From Tetramitus jugosus (Eukaryota > Protista > Heterolobosea), in assembly GCA_937625935.1 (NCBI GenBank), contig OW569380.1, positions 310,001-374,000 of the forward strand: a DNA stretch of 64,000 nt, read 5' to 3'. A program made the translations under genes and the position numbers. This document shows positions 1-11,200 of this stretch, in pieces. Within the stretch, counting starts at the first letter, position 1, and each line of letters opens with the position of its first letter. The notes beneath the pieces are model-generated. The model did no database searches and was not told the origin of the DNA. It was given only the letters and a program-made list of their open reading frames with translations.

Positions 1-493
1 CAACAGCATAACTTCCCTGCACTCCACTAATGCCAAACTGTGGAAAATTACCTGTACAGTTGGGAAACACAACAATTAAGCTCTGATTATCACACGCTGG
101 TAATAAAAAGGGAATATAGGATTGTGCTCCAGAATCGATACCAATAGCCCATTCATATCCCTTTGTTGTTTGTGATACGACATTCTTTGTCAGGACAGTT
201 CTTCCAGCGGAGGAGACAGCAACGGAACCAAAGGAATTGGAGAGGATAGTAGCACTTGGGGTATCAGTCTTGAATGATCCATAGGTTATGAGAGAGTTGA
301 GTACCTTGATACCAGTGAGTTTATGTGTCTCAGAGTCGTCCACAGCAGATATCGTACCAAAGGAAGTGCTTTCACTGTTCACTAAACCGAGTAGTGTGAC
401 AAGAAAGCAGAGAGCTGTCCAACACAACAATGCTCGACAATAGGAAGAAGAAGAGGAATTCAACAACAACAAAACTCTGTTGTTGGAGGACAT
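1..493 (-). CDS. Partial gene running off the window start; secreted or membrane protein with N-terminal signal peptide
   Basis: Hand translation from ATG at 493 stays open to base 1 (MSSNNRVLLLLNSSSSSYCRALLCWTALCFLVTLLGLVNSESTSFGTISAV...). Hydrophobic signal-like segment. Missing from the ORF track because there is no stop in the window. Confidence 0.7.
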   Translation of the reverse strand, partial: MSSNNRVLLLLNSSSSSYCRALLCWTALCFLVTLLGLVNSESTSFGTISAVDDSETHKLTGIKVLNSLITYGSFKTDTPSATILSNSFGSVAVSSAGRTVLTKNVVSQTTKGYEWAIGIDSGAQSYIPFLLPACDNQSLIVVFPNCTGNFPQFGISGVQGSYAV

Positions 494-767
494 TTTGTGG
501 TTTTTCTTGTAGCGATGTTCGTTTTGCTGATGACGGAACCAAAAGACACCTGAAACTTTCTCTTGGGGCTATCGTTATCTGTCAAGTGATCGCGTCAATA
601 ACAAGAAGGAGGTGACTCGTTTTGGGCCATCACGGACGGCGAGATAGGATAGGTGAGTTTTTGTGAACTCGCTCCGACTCATCCTTTTCCTCATGTGAGT
701 TAACTTCCACCGACAAGCTGTCAACTGTAATCCTCCGAATATCTCCGTCTTGAATGCTTGTGGTTAA

Positions 768-1583
768 TCATTTATTCAAGGCAGAAGCTTCTTCTGTGTT
801 CCAGAGCACTCTTCCTTCCATGCCACCAGAAACTGTCAGAACATGTCCAGATATGTGAGACGCAAGTTTGTCACTTGCCAAAAACAAGATACTGTTCGAA
901 ACATCTTCGGTAGAGGCTACCTTTCGAAGAGGGATTGTTTGATAGACGCGTGTTGTCACTTGGATATCATTCATAGCATGCTCGGCCATTGGTGTCAAAG
1001 TCCATCCAGGTGCCACTGTGTTCACTCTTCCTCTTGCAGCGATTCTCACAATCTCATTCTTCAACGAGAGCATAAATCCATACTGTGCAGCAGACTTACT
1101 TGAGGCGTAATCTGCATGACCTGCCTCACCAAACACTGCAGCAGTCGAACCAACCATGACAATGTTGCCATGTGAGCTCTGAGCCTCCTTTAATTGCTTG
1201 AGGAACTCCCGGGCAAACAAAAAGAAACCTGTCAGATTTACTTTCAAAGTATTTTCCCATTGATCCAGAGTCATATCGCACAAGGGAACATCCTTGGCAG
1301 GGAACACTCCATGATTCAAGATCAAAACATCAATTTTTGAGAAGTGATCAATGCATTTGCGAACGCACTGAACAACTTGTTCTTCCTGACAGGCGTCTGC
1401 CTGCACCAAAAAAGCTTGATCAGCATAAGCTTCCTGCAAGTTTTTCAACTCATCAGAGAGTGTTCTGTTGTAGTGCAGAGAAACGTTGGCACCCTGCTCA
1501 AGGAATTTGCGAGCAGTTTCTAGTCCAATGCCGCCAGAGGCACCAGTGACCAATACGTGTTGATTCTTGAAACCGAAATCCAT
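768..1583 (-). CDS. Classical short-chain dehydrogenase/reductase (FabG-like SDR)
   Basis: TGASGGIG Rossmann motif, NHG (NAG-like), catalytic Ser and YASSK (YxxxK), VAPG motif; 271 aa, intronless. Confidence 0.95.
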   Translation of the reverse strand: MDFGFKNQHVLVTGASGGIGLETARKFLEQGANVSLHYNRTLSDELKNLQEAYADQAFLVQADACQEEQVVQCVRKCIDHFSKIDVLILNHGVFPAKDVPLCDMTLDQWENTLKVNLTGFFLFAREFLKQLKEAQSSHGNIVMVGSTAAVFGEAGHADYASSKSAAQYGFMLSLKNEIVRIAARGRVNTVAPGWTLTPMAEHAMNDIQVTTRVYQTIPLRKVASTEDVSNSILFLASDKLASHISGHVLTVSGGMEGRVLWNTEEASALNK

Positions 1584-1676
1584 GACTATTGTTTGTTTGC
1601 TTTTTTCTTGTTGGCACGGAAATGCATCGTTTGGGACAGTTTTTTTATGAATAAATTCAATATTAATTTTACAACC

Positions 1677-3509
1677 TTAGACATTGATGCCTCTTCTTTT
1701 TTGATACTCAGCCAGCGAAAGAACCTTATGGCCAGTGTATTCGCTCTTAATCTCCGGTGCCGGGACAGATCGAGCAGGAATCGTTGGTTGGGTTGCCTTG
1801 GATACTTCTAAAGAAAATTGTTAGTAAAGAAATCAAGTAGTTAACAAAATTGAACTCATATTAAATGAGCAACCATACCATTCAAATCAATATCAATGTC
1901 CAATTCGAATTGGTGTGACTCAACAAGACTTGCTCCTGGACTCTTCAACAATGCGAATTGATCCTCCTGCTTCTTCTCAACATCAGCAGGTGATTTCTTT
2001 GGTGTTTGAGGACTTGGATCACTGGAAAATGAAAAGAAGCTCGAAACAGTCGATCGTCTTGCAAAAGGATCAAGACCACTTGTCTTCTTCTCATTTGCCT
2101 TCTTGGCGATCAAGTTCAATCTTTGAGTTTCTCTCTTGGCTCTCTCGTGCAGCTCCTCAGCATCTATTCTACGCTTGAAAGCATTTTCAGTGTTCTTTCT
2201 CTGATTGTCCCAAGTCTGATTCAATTTGTCCAACTCTTCTTGGTATTGTTGTTTCAGATCGTCACTGTTACTTTCGTCAATCATAGCCTCCAATCGATAC
2301 TTTTCAGTATAATACTTGTTAGGATTCAACACTTTCATTCGATCTGCCAATTCCTTGTCAGTATACTTGTAATCGGACGTCTTTTTGATATCCTTCTGTT
2401 TTTGTTCCATAAATTCAATAGTTGGGAAATGTTCCTGGCATTTGATCATTTCTTCCTTCCATTTCACGAATTCAGTGTCACCAATAGAAGGTTGATTGGA
2501 CACGAGCTCCATTTGGAACTTTCGCTTCGAAACACCATGTTTGAGCATCAAGTATGTACTAATCTTTTTGCCCTCAAAAGAGTATTCTCTTCCTGTGACG
2601 AGGTCATAAATTTCAGCCAAACGATAAGTTCTCTCTCCACGATCATTCTCACCCAACAACACTCGAACATAACATCCCTTGACCGTGGACTCAAAGTATG
2701 GTTCGTTAAACCATTGATGAAGCTGTGATCTAGTGATCAAAATCTTTTGCAATTCAGGAAGTTTCACATCTTCGTGAACATAGTCATCATCTGCACCATA
2801 GGGACTAGAAGATCTCCTTCTATCATCTTCCTCGTCTTCATCATCGAAAAAGTCATCACTTCGCTTGTGATGGCTCTTCTTCTTCTCCTTGATGGCCTTT
2901 CTTCTGGCACCGATATCAGCAATTGCACTCTTCTTGTCCATTTTGGATCGATCCTTGTGGACTTCACTGCCACCACTACTGGTCGATGATGATGATGATG
3001 ACTTGGATGTGGCAGCCTTTTTGCCTGTTGACTTTTTCTTGTCTGCTGCTGATCCACCTCTAGGAATAATTCTGCCTTCCTTCATCAATCTTTCCTTCTT
3101 CTTCTTCAACTGTTCTCTGCTCTCCCATCTTGCAAAAATAATTTGTTCTTTTTCAACGTTGGATAAGGAATCAAGTCTATCATGTTCATGTGTTAATTCA
3201 TTGATCTATTGTTGATTTCCAACGAAAAGTGAACAAAGTTTAAAAAAAAGAATCAAGGACAAACCTTCTGCGATCATCTTCATCTCCTACAAGTGACTCA
3301 TCGTATCCATCATCAAACTCCTCTTCTCTATACATTTTTTCATCTTCATCCTCATCACTGTAGTTTGTTCTCTTGTTGTTGGTTGAGACATAGTCATCCT
3401 CATCATCAAAATCATCATCATAAGAAGTTTTTCTCTTCTTTTGTGTTGATGTGAGAGCCAATAGATCTCTGTCAATGTTGGTCAATTGAGAACTGTCGCG
3501 CTTACCCAT
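1677..3509 (-). CDS. RTF1: RNA polymerase-associated Paf1C subunit RTF1 (Plus3 domain), 3 exons
   Basis: Exons 3509-3265, 3176-1879, 1807-1677; introns 3177-3264 (GTTTGT..AG) and 1808-1878 (GTATGG..TACTAAC..AG). N-terminal EFDDGYDESLVGDEDDR motif, Plus3 core (ITRSQLHQWFNEPYFE...GCYVRV...YRLAEI...VSNQ). The spliced C-terminus LSLAEYQKRRGINV* matches the conserved RTF1 tail. Confidence 0.93.
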
Positions 3510-3659
3510 GTTCTTTTGTTTTTTTCTTTCTTGATTTTTTTTCTTCGATTCGCGAAAATCAAATTTTGCTTTTATCCGCCAAACGAGATTCATAACTCCG
3601 GATGTACAATACAACCAAAAATGAATGTGGACGGAACTCAATGGCATTACGATGTATGA

Positions 3660-4506
3660 CTAGTTTATATAGGGCATGAACCTCGTCTTGTTTTGATCCT
3701 GAAGACCAAAACGATTGATCAAAAAATTTAGCTCATCACCATACTCAAATCCTTCGTCTTCTTCTTCCATCATCATTGCACCCGTTTCATTGTCCGTCAC
3801 ATCACTGCTACCATTGTCATAGTTATTATTGTTATTATTTATATTCTCGTCATCTTCATTGTCGCTGTAATGATATTGTGGAACAAAAGCTTCTGCATAT
3901 GGATTACAGTGTTGATCTGCAACAGATGGTTTCTTTTTGATTCTCCGCTGTTGTTGTGGTGACGATGACAATGTATTACCACTACCACTGCTATTACTAT
4001 TCGTTGTAGAGCTCGTCACTTGACTAATAAAGTGACACATTATGAAAAATCATGTTTCAAGGTTAAACAACCAGAAATACAACCATTACAAAAGCAATAG
4101 CATGATAAAACACATACGTTTGCATGAACAAGAATTGCGATGTTGCAGGTGAATGAAAGAGAGTAGGTGATGATAGGGGTGATGATGTAGCAACAGCGAC
4201 ACCTCTTGTTGTTGGAGTGAGTGGTGATTGTGGTGTACTGTTGCCACTACTCGATGACAGTGATGAAATTTTCCATTGTTCAAACTGAATATTCATTTCT
4301 TCACATTTCATACAAAGTAATGTTCGTTTTTCAACAAACTGTTGTTGTTGCTGTTGTGGTGATGTTGTTGTTGATGATGTTGTGTTGATCATGTATGATG
4401 ATGATGCTAATGGTTGTTGTTGTTGTTGACAAGTTGTGCCACAGTTGGAGCACACGAAAACAATCATGGTGGTGGAGATTGGACTTTGATGATGAGTCGG
4501 ATTCAT
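3660..4506 (-). CDS. Small low-complexity protein with CxxC..CxxC pair and PAM2-like motif, 2 exons
   Basis: Intron 4024-4117 (GTATGT..TTAG) joins the 147-aa and 126-aa ORFs in frame. CSNC...CMKC pair; CNPYAEAFVP resembles the PAM2 consensus LNPNAxEFVP. Confidence 0.65.
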
Positions 4507-4915
4507 GGTAGTTGTTAAAAGCTATTATGTGTGTGTAAGTTGTCGTCGTTTTGGTATATTTGGTGATTTTTGTGCCGAGGTTTGGTTGTGGTGTGTTGCG
4601 CACAGTACTGTAAAGTAGTCTCTCTCAGATTGGTAGGTTGAAATTTCTCTCTTGTGTAACTATTTCAAGATTTTCGTGTCTTTATATGATGTGCACACTC
4701 CAAAAAAAAACGATATGCAACGTGTTGGTGATTTATCTACACTGACTCAATTTGAGATTTTGTGTGAATCAGGTTGTTGTTGTATGGATTTGATTTTTGT
4801 TATTCCTGTGTGTTTTTTACCTGATCCCTTCTTCGAAACAAAGCTAAATTCCTACTTCACACAAAAACTCGACCTAAAACAAAAATATTTTCTTTCCGCT
4901 CACATCAGAAGTGGA

Positions 4916-6676
4916 ATGAAGCGACCATGGCACCTTTTTCTTGGGCAATTACGGGTACCAATTGTTGACCATGAAAGTGACACGAATGATAATGATGATG
5001 GAGAAGAAGATGCACTTGTTGCTGCCTTCAAAAAGTATCGTTTTTCTTCTTCAGATCCTAATACTCCTCCTACTACTGCTCCTACGACTGCCACAACTCC
5101 TGTGATGGGTGAAGAACAATTCGTTGTTGATACGCCAACAACGATCGCTGTTCTCAAAGTAGGTGAACAATTGGAAGCTTTCACTGTTTCATCACCTGGA
5201 ACTTCTCTGTTGTCAATGACACCTTCCACTTTGCTTGAATCAACGACAATGGACGATGAAGAAGCAACAACGTTGAATGGTGATGATGATGATGAAAGTG
5301 AGAACAACAATGACGAAGATGATTTGAATAGAAGGAGAGACAAGGAAGAAGCTTTCTCAGAGAAGATGTGTGAAAACAGTCAGAGTACTCTCATGGACAC
5401 GATTGTTGTCATTGAAACGGATCACCACATTACGACAGTGAACGAGAAGAAATTGTTTAATGTGGATTTTCAAGTCGAGTTGATGCAAAGAACGCAATGT
5501 GGAGCTGTTGCTATGCAAGAGGAGGACAGTTGGATGCGAACCCAAGATGCCATACAGTTGATGACGTATAAAATGGCAAAGAGATTTGTTTTGGAGAAGA
5601 TTGATTTTGATGTTTCAAGTGGATACTTTCATTTGAGTGTCAAGACAATATCTGGTATTGTTGATTGTATTACACCGAAAACAGAGAAACTAGTTGCAGT
5701 GTTTTCAGAGTTGTTTGATCCGTTCAAGAACCGAAGCATAACTGTGCCTCTGCAGTATAGAATGTCCGATTCAGGTCCAGTGTTGCGAGGACCGCTGAGG
5801 CCTCTGTGTGACTCGTTTCAACCTGGAAAGCTAAAGATCACTGTGGAGCAGTGGATAGAGCAAGAGAAGAACACGACATGTGATACGATAGAGATATTAC
5901 TTCCTCAATTCACGAATGAACTATCACTGGTGGAATTAGTGAACTTTACACCGTTCAGTGCCTATGTACAGTTCATGCAAGAAGCGACAGTGGAAAACTT
6001 TGAACAATTAGCATTGCACCATTTACGAAACAATGTGTGTGACTTTGGAGGCTTCACTATTCTCACTCACTTTGCATGCAGGAACGACACTGAGACCACA
6101 ATTAAGTTATTGAGACTTGGATTTGATCTTTACCAGCCAGATCGAATGGGTTACAACACCATGTATTGGTGCCATCAATTTGCTGCTTTTGATGTCATGA
6201 GATTGTTTGCAGAATTGGGTCAGTTTGACTCAAGACCATCATTCCTGCTCAAGATACAAGTGGACGATCCATCTCGCTTACAACTAGACGAGTATAGCTG
6301 GAGACACTTCTATCTTTCAAATTATAATTCTGTCTGTGTCATAAAATGTAAGCATATAGTGCAGCATCGGCAAGAACTCCGAGTGAGGATGGGATCTGCA
6401 TATGATGGTGTTGTGAACATACTGCCCGATAACAAAGAGTTCGACAAGTTTAATTTGCGGTTTTCTAGTCCAAATTACAGGGGCACTTTAACCCTACAGC
6501 TCTTTGATCGGCTGTTAGGCAAAGTGATCGCTGAGAGTGACAATATCACTGTTTTTGACACATCATCCATTCATACTTTAATGTGTAATGATCATCAGGC
6601 TAGGCGTGTAGGCTCACAAAAGCAAAGCAACATTCAAAAGTACTTTTTGAATCGTTTGGGAAGCAAAAGCTCTTAG
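4916..6676 (+). CDS. Ankyrin-repeat-containing protein of unknown function
   Basis: Long ORF; likely start MKRPW at 4916 (ORF track begins at TTG 4652). Acidic low-complexity N-terminal region and two ankyrin-like units (DFGGFTILTHFACRNDTETTIKLLRLG; DRMGYNTMYWCHQFAAFDVMRLFAELG). Confidence 0.7.
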   Translation: MKRPWHLFLGQLRVPIVDHESDTNDNDDGEEDALVAAFKKYRFSSSDPNTPPTTAPTTATTPVMGEEQFVVDTPTTIAVLKVGEQLEAFTVSSPGTSLLSMTPSTLLESTTMDDEEATTLNGDDDDESENNNDEDDLNRRRDKEEAFSEKMCENSQSTLMDTIVVIETDHHITTVNEKKLFNVDFQVELMQRTQCGAVAMQEEDSWMRTQDAIQLMTYKMAKRFVLEKIDFDVSSGYFHLSVKTISGIVDCITPKTEKLVAVFSELFDPFKNRSITVPLQYRMSDSGPVLRGPLRPLCDSFQPGKLKITVEQWIEQEKNTTCDTIEILLPQFTNELSLVELVNFTPFSAYVQFMQEATVENFEQLALHHLRNNVCDFGGFTILTHFACRNDTETTIKLLRLGFDLYQPDRMGYNTMYWCHQFAAFDVMRLFAELGQFDSRPSFLLKIQVDDPSRLQLDEYSWRHFYLSNYNSVCVIKCKHIVQHRQELRVRMGSAYDGVVNILPDNKEFDKFNLRFSSPNYRGTLTLQLFDRLLGKVIAESDNITVFDTSSIHTLMCNDHQARRVGSQKQSNIQKYFLNRLGSKSS

Positions 6677-7971
6677 CTCCTCCGAATTAGAGCACTAAGG
6701 TTCGCAGCTGCGTACTTTTGGAGATATTTTTTGGTTTCATCAAAGTTCACGATAGTTCTTTGATCTTTCTTCCATACTCTATAGAACTCGGAGAAGATGG
6801 CAATATATGCGTTATTAACTGCGTCTATGAGATTCTTTGACACGATCCTGGCGAACTTCCCATCTTTTACTAATCGGAGAACAATACCTGTCATGTTCAC
6901 TGAGGTTACAGCGAATGGGAACGTTTGATAATCATTTAATGACAGCAAATAAATGTCAGTAAATAGTTTTTGATTCACGCTGATAAAATATAACATTTGC
7001 AAAATCGCAAGCATTCCTGCTGCTCGTAAATCTGTTTTAGGGTCTCCTCCTTGAAACCCAATGACATCCCAATGAGCTCCAACAGAAGGACAAGCAACAC
7101 TATCTCCTGTCAAACTTCGATACACTGTAGCTATCATTCTCTCCAATTCTTCATTGGCGTGGTCCAACGGCGTTTTTGCAATACACAATAGCTTCTCCAT
7201 CTCGTCATGGAGCTCTTTTGTTTTTGGGATAGGTTGTCCGCATGAAAAACAGCAGAGAGATTGAGAAAGCACTTGAATTTTCGTTAAGAATCCGTACGAA
7301 GGACGACGAAGCTCATTCCTGACTAGTTTCAACTGATTTGAGCTATCATTATGCAAGAAATATGCGAGTGCATCCTTAAACGAGATAAGCATATCCCTTC
7401 GAGTCTTCTCAGGTAGTTTTCCTGTGTTTTGTCCATAACTTTGCTCTTCTCTCAATGCAATAACAGCATCCCATTGTGATTGAGTTTGCCGGAGATCTTG
7501 TAAGTCTTTCTCACTCAAACTCTGTGAATCTGTCGCCACAACAGAGTATTCATTGACCAATTGCATTGTAGGTGAGATCATTGACACTACCTCAATACTT
7601 TTTGTTAAATCTTGGTCCAATACTTCGGGATGTTGTAGCAAGTTATCTTTAGAGCTAGATTTCGAGCAGGCTTCAACCATTGAAGTATCCTGTCCATCAT
7701 GTTTACTTTGCTCTTCACTCAGCAAACGACGCTCTACACTTTCATTAATTTCATGAGCTAGATTAATATCCAGCAAAGGAATTTCAGTGTCGTTGATTTC
7801 CAGAGAGCAATGTGCAGATTTTGGCTCGTGGATTGGGTGTTGCACCTCCGCAGAGTCTTCCATGTGGTCGCTGGTATCTTCTCGAGGAATGATACGAGTG
7901 GTTACATCGACTAACTCTTGCTCATCGTGTAGTTCCACAGTGAAATCAAAGTCAATCTCATTCAATTCCAT
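6673..7971 (-). CDS. ELMO/CED-12 domain protein (ELMOD-like Arf/Arl GAP)
   Basis: HWDVIGFQGGDPKTDLRAAGMLAILQMLYF and FPFAVTSVNMT are ELMO-domain hallmarks; the GAP arginine is present (TDLR). Confidence 0.92.
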   Translation of the reverse strand: MELNEIDFDFTVELHDEQELVDVTTRIIPREDTSDHMEDSAEVQHPIHEPKSAHCSLEINDTEIPLLDINLAHEINESVERRLLSEEQSKHDGQDTSMVEACSKSSSKDNLLQHPEVLDQDLTKSIEVVSMISPTMQLVNEYSVVATDSQSLSEKDLQDLRQTQSQWDAVIALREEQSYGQNTGKLPEKTRRDMLISFKDALAYFLHNDSSNQLKLVRNELRRPSYGFLTKIQVLSQSLCCFSCGQPIPKTKELHDEMEKLLCIAKTPLDHANEELERMIATVYRSLTGDSVACPSVGAHWDVIGFQGGDPKTDLRAAGMLAILQMLYFISVNQKLFTDIYLLSLNDYQTFPFAVTSVNMTGIVLRLVKDGKFARIVSKNLIDAVNNAYIAIFSEFYRVWKKDQRTIVNFDETKKYLQKYAAANLSALIRRS

Positions 7972-8234
7972 TTCTGTTGCTAGAGGAACAGCCCTGTTCT
8001 TTGTTTTGACTACCGTATGTTTTTCTCCTGAATCGGAGAAAAGTCAAACTTGAAGCTTGGGAGTTCGAACAACATCGCCATCCTCTTTGCTATTGTGGTA
8101 TTGAGGTATTAACGAATACACTGTCCTGTTACTTTCTCTTAAATCCAAGCTTCAATCTGGTTCAGTACCGATGCACGACTAAAACTCCGAGAAGAAATCC
8201 ATTTCACTTTGATCGAAGAAAACAAAGAAAAAAA

Positions 8235-11200
8235 ATGAGCGGAGAAGCATACTGGCATGAAATTGCTGATCGACGATCACAACAGCAGACATCAGGCACC
8301 AGTGAGGCCACACTTGTCTCCAAACTATACAATGCTATGCTCCACGATCACTCGCTAGTTTCACAACTCGAATCCAAATACTATTTAGAGACGTTTTTGT
8401 CGTCATCCGTTCATCTTGAAAACAATGATGACAAAAGTAGTGAAAGTGTGAATGATACAAAAGAGTATTTCATGTCTATATTGATCCTGTGGAATGAAAA
8501 GCTTCGAGTTTGTTCATCATCATCTGCTTCACTGTTGCTATCACAATTGAATCAATATCATCGTATGTACATTCTTTGTTTCAGCATAAAAATTGAAATT
8601 CAACATGTCAAACTCACAATTGTGTGAAAAAATAATAACAACAACAACAGTTGAAAACATGTTGGATCACTTGTTACAATGGTTGTCGAATCATTGTTCA
8701 AAGTTGTTGTTGATGGTTTCTAGTGAGGAAAACAAGTCTTTTACAGCATTTGAAAATGTTCAAATTGCTCAATTTTTGATCAATTGTTTCCAGAGCTTGG
8801 ATGTTCCAGTGATTCGAACTCATTGCTTGAAAATGGTTGGATTATCACTGTGGAATCACTTGAAGAATGAAAATCGATTGCAAGTAGAATTGCAGAAGAA
8901 CAATGCAAAATTAATGAAACAGTGGAAGCGGATGAAGAGGAAGGAATCGGCAAGTGGTGATCAATATTCTTGTGTTTTGCCCCATCTCATCAATACTCTC
9001 TTTCATGGTTTGTCTGCGCAAGGCATGAGTAGCTCGACTGAGGATTTGACTATTATTATTTATTGTGAGCGCGTCGTAGAGCTGTTGATTGATCTTCTCT
9101 CACAGATTTCAACAAGAAAGTACTTGTTGGTGTTGTTGGAGGATTGGCACATGTATGCAAAGTGTATTTTATCGAAATTGTATACAGAGAGTGGAGATAA
9201 AGCGTTTGACCGATTCAGAAAATTGTTGCAGGTACTAGATTGTTATCTAGGATTCGAAGTCGATGAACAGAGTGGAGTGTTCATGTCTGAAAGTGATTTG
9301 TTGGATGTGCATTTGAAGAATATTAAGCAGTTGCAAATGATTTGCTTCCAACACTATCCAAAGATGAAACTCTTTTCGGTCAGTAATATTGCGAGTATCG
9401 AGACGAGAGACGCACTTGAATCTCATTTGAAGCAATTGGAAGTTGAGGAGTTGAGAGACTTATGTGAACGAGCAAATTTAATTGGACCAAAGAACCAGGC
9501 AGGGGAAACGGAATCGAAAGAGTTATTGATAGCGGTCATTGTTGTCAAGTATGCCAAAAAATCGGAAGGTAATACCTTCTCCATTTCCCATTCGCCTATC
9601 TCACCGACTGAAGAACTCATTTGGAGCGTAAAACCTACTGACCATCCCCTGTTGTGTGCACCGAAAGTCAACCTTCAATTCTTACATATGAGCGACTACT
9701 TATCAAGATACTTCGAGTTGTATCGCATGGATCTTGCTCTCTATATTAGAAAGCAATTAGAGCCAGTGCTCTTGTCGATCAAAGAATCCAATGACGATAA
9801 AAAGCAATCGAACCACACCGCACACTATCTATGGCTCGAGCAATGTACTATGAAGAAGGTTTTCCCACCTATCGTCGGTGATTTGTATCCACAAACTGTA
9901 GAAGCGACACTCCTGGCAACTGGCAATTCTAATAGAAGCGGTTGGTCTTCATGGAAAAGTGTCAACTCTGGAGATATACTAGTTCTCGTGAATCTTGATT
10001 TCTCTTCAAAATATGGAGTGAAGAACTTGAGAGTTTGTGAGCTAGTGAAGCGAGATTACTTCGCAAAGAACAGTCAGTACAAACTCACTGTTCAATTAGA
10101 TCCTATCCAACACGCCTTCGACAAGGAAACGAAGGTCGACTATAGTGATTTCAATCTGCTTATTCGTATTCCATCAAATGAGTACTACTCTTCACTGCTA
10201 GACTCCATCAAACACATCCAAAAGAACCTGAAAGCACCAAGCTGGGTAAGAGAGTTAATACTAGGTTACGGTGACAACTTTAATTATCCTGTGACTTCTC
10301 AACTAGATACGCATTATGTGATCCATAGCTCCCAACAGCTGGAAGAACTGTATCCAGAGTATAGCATTGAGTACGATAAACCTGATGCGACACTGAGAAC
10401 ACCTCCCTTCCGTTTGCAGTTCCCTACTGATGGAGCACCTGACGAAGATGAAGCTATGGAAGTCAGTCCCACACTTCGAGTCTCATGTTATGATCCAAGT
10501 TATAAGGATAAGCTCCTATTTTCTAACACCTCTCTAACAAATCAACAGTGCAATGCTATTTTGTCTGCCTTGCGAAACTCTGTCACGCTTGTTGATGGAC
10601 CAAGCCGAACAGGTAAAAAGGAAGTGACAGCACAAATTGCAACTCATCTGCATTCGAATGATGAGAAACAAAAAGTACTTATTGTGACTAAAAGTGAGAA
10701 GGTGTTGAATGCAATTATGGATCGTATTGTTGACTTGGGTACCAATCCGAGCTATGTTTTGAACTTGGGATACCAAACAACAGACAAGTATGACTTACAT
10801 CAATTGGGTCGTGTCAACTTTTTACTTCAACTGAGATTGGATCTACTGCGACAGCTCGATTATTTGGCTACCTCGCTCAACATGGCTCACTTCAACGTCA
10901 GCACTTCTTGCCAAACTGCCATTCACTTTTTCTCCTCAAAGGTTCTTCCACTCTGGAATACTTTCAAAAAGGAATACGCAACATCTCAGGATGATGAGTT
11001 CGTCAAGAATAAGTTCCCATTTTCCTCCTTTTTCAATCCGACATTTGAAGGAAAGAGAGAGAACGACATGCGAACTGCTACGGAGCTTTTCCAATATCTG
11101 ACCACTATCTATGAGGCACTACCTGAATGTCGTGCATTTGAAGTAATTCGATCTCATCAGGAAAGAATCGTACATCTGATTAGATCCCATTCAAAAGTCA

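Noticed and set aside
600-760. Small hairpins between the first gene and the SDR as an ncRNA/tRNA
   Set aside because: Only short stems; no cloverleaf or known RNA motif.
768-1583. Intronless SDR as another bacterial transfer
   Set aside because: SDRs are ubiquitous and many host genes here are intronless; this cannot be supported without a phylogeny.
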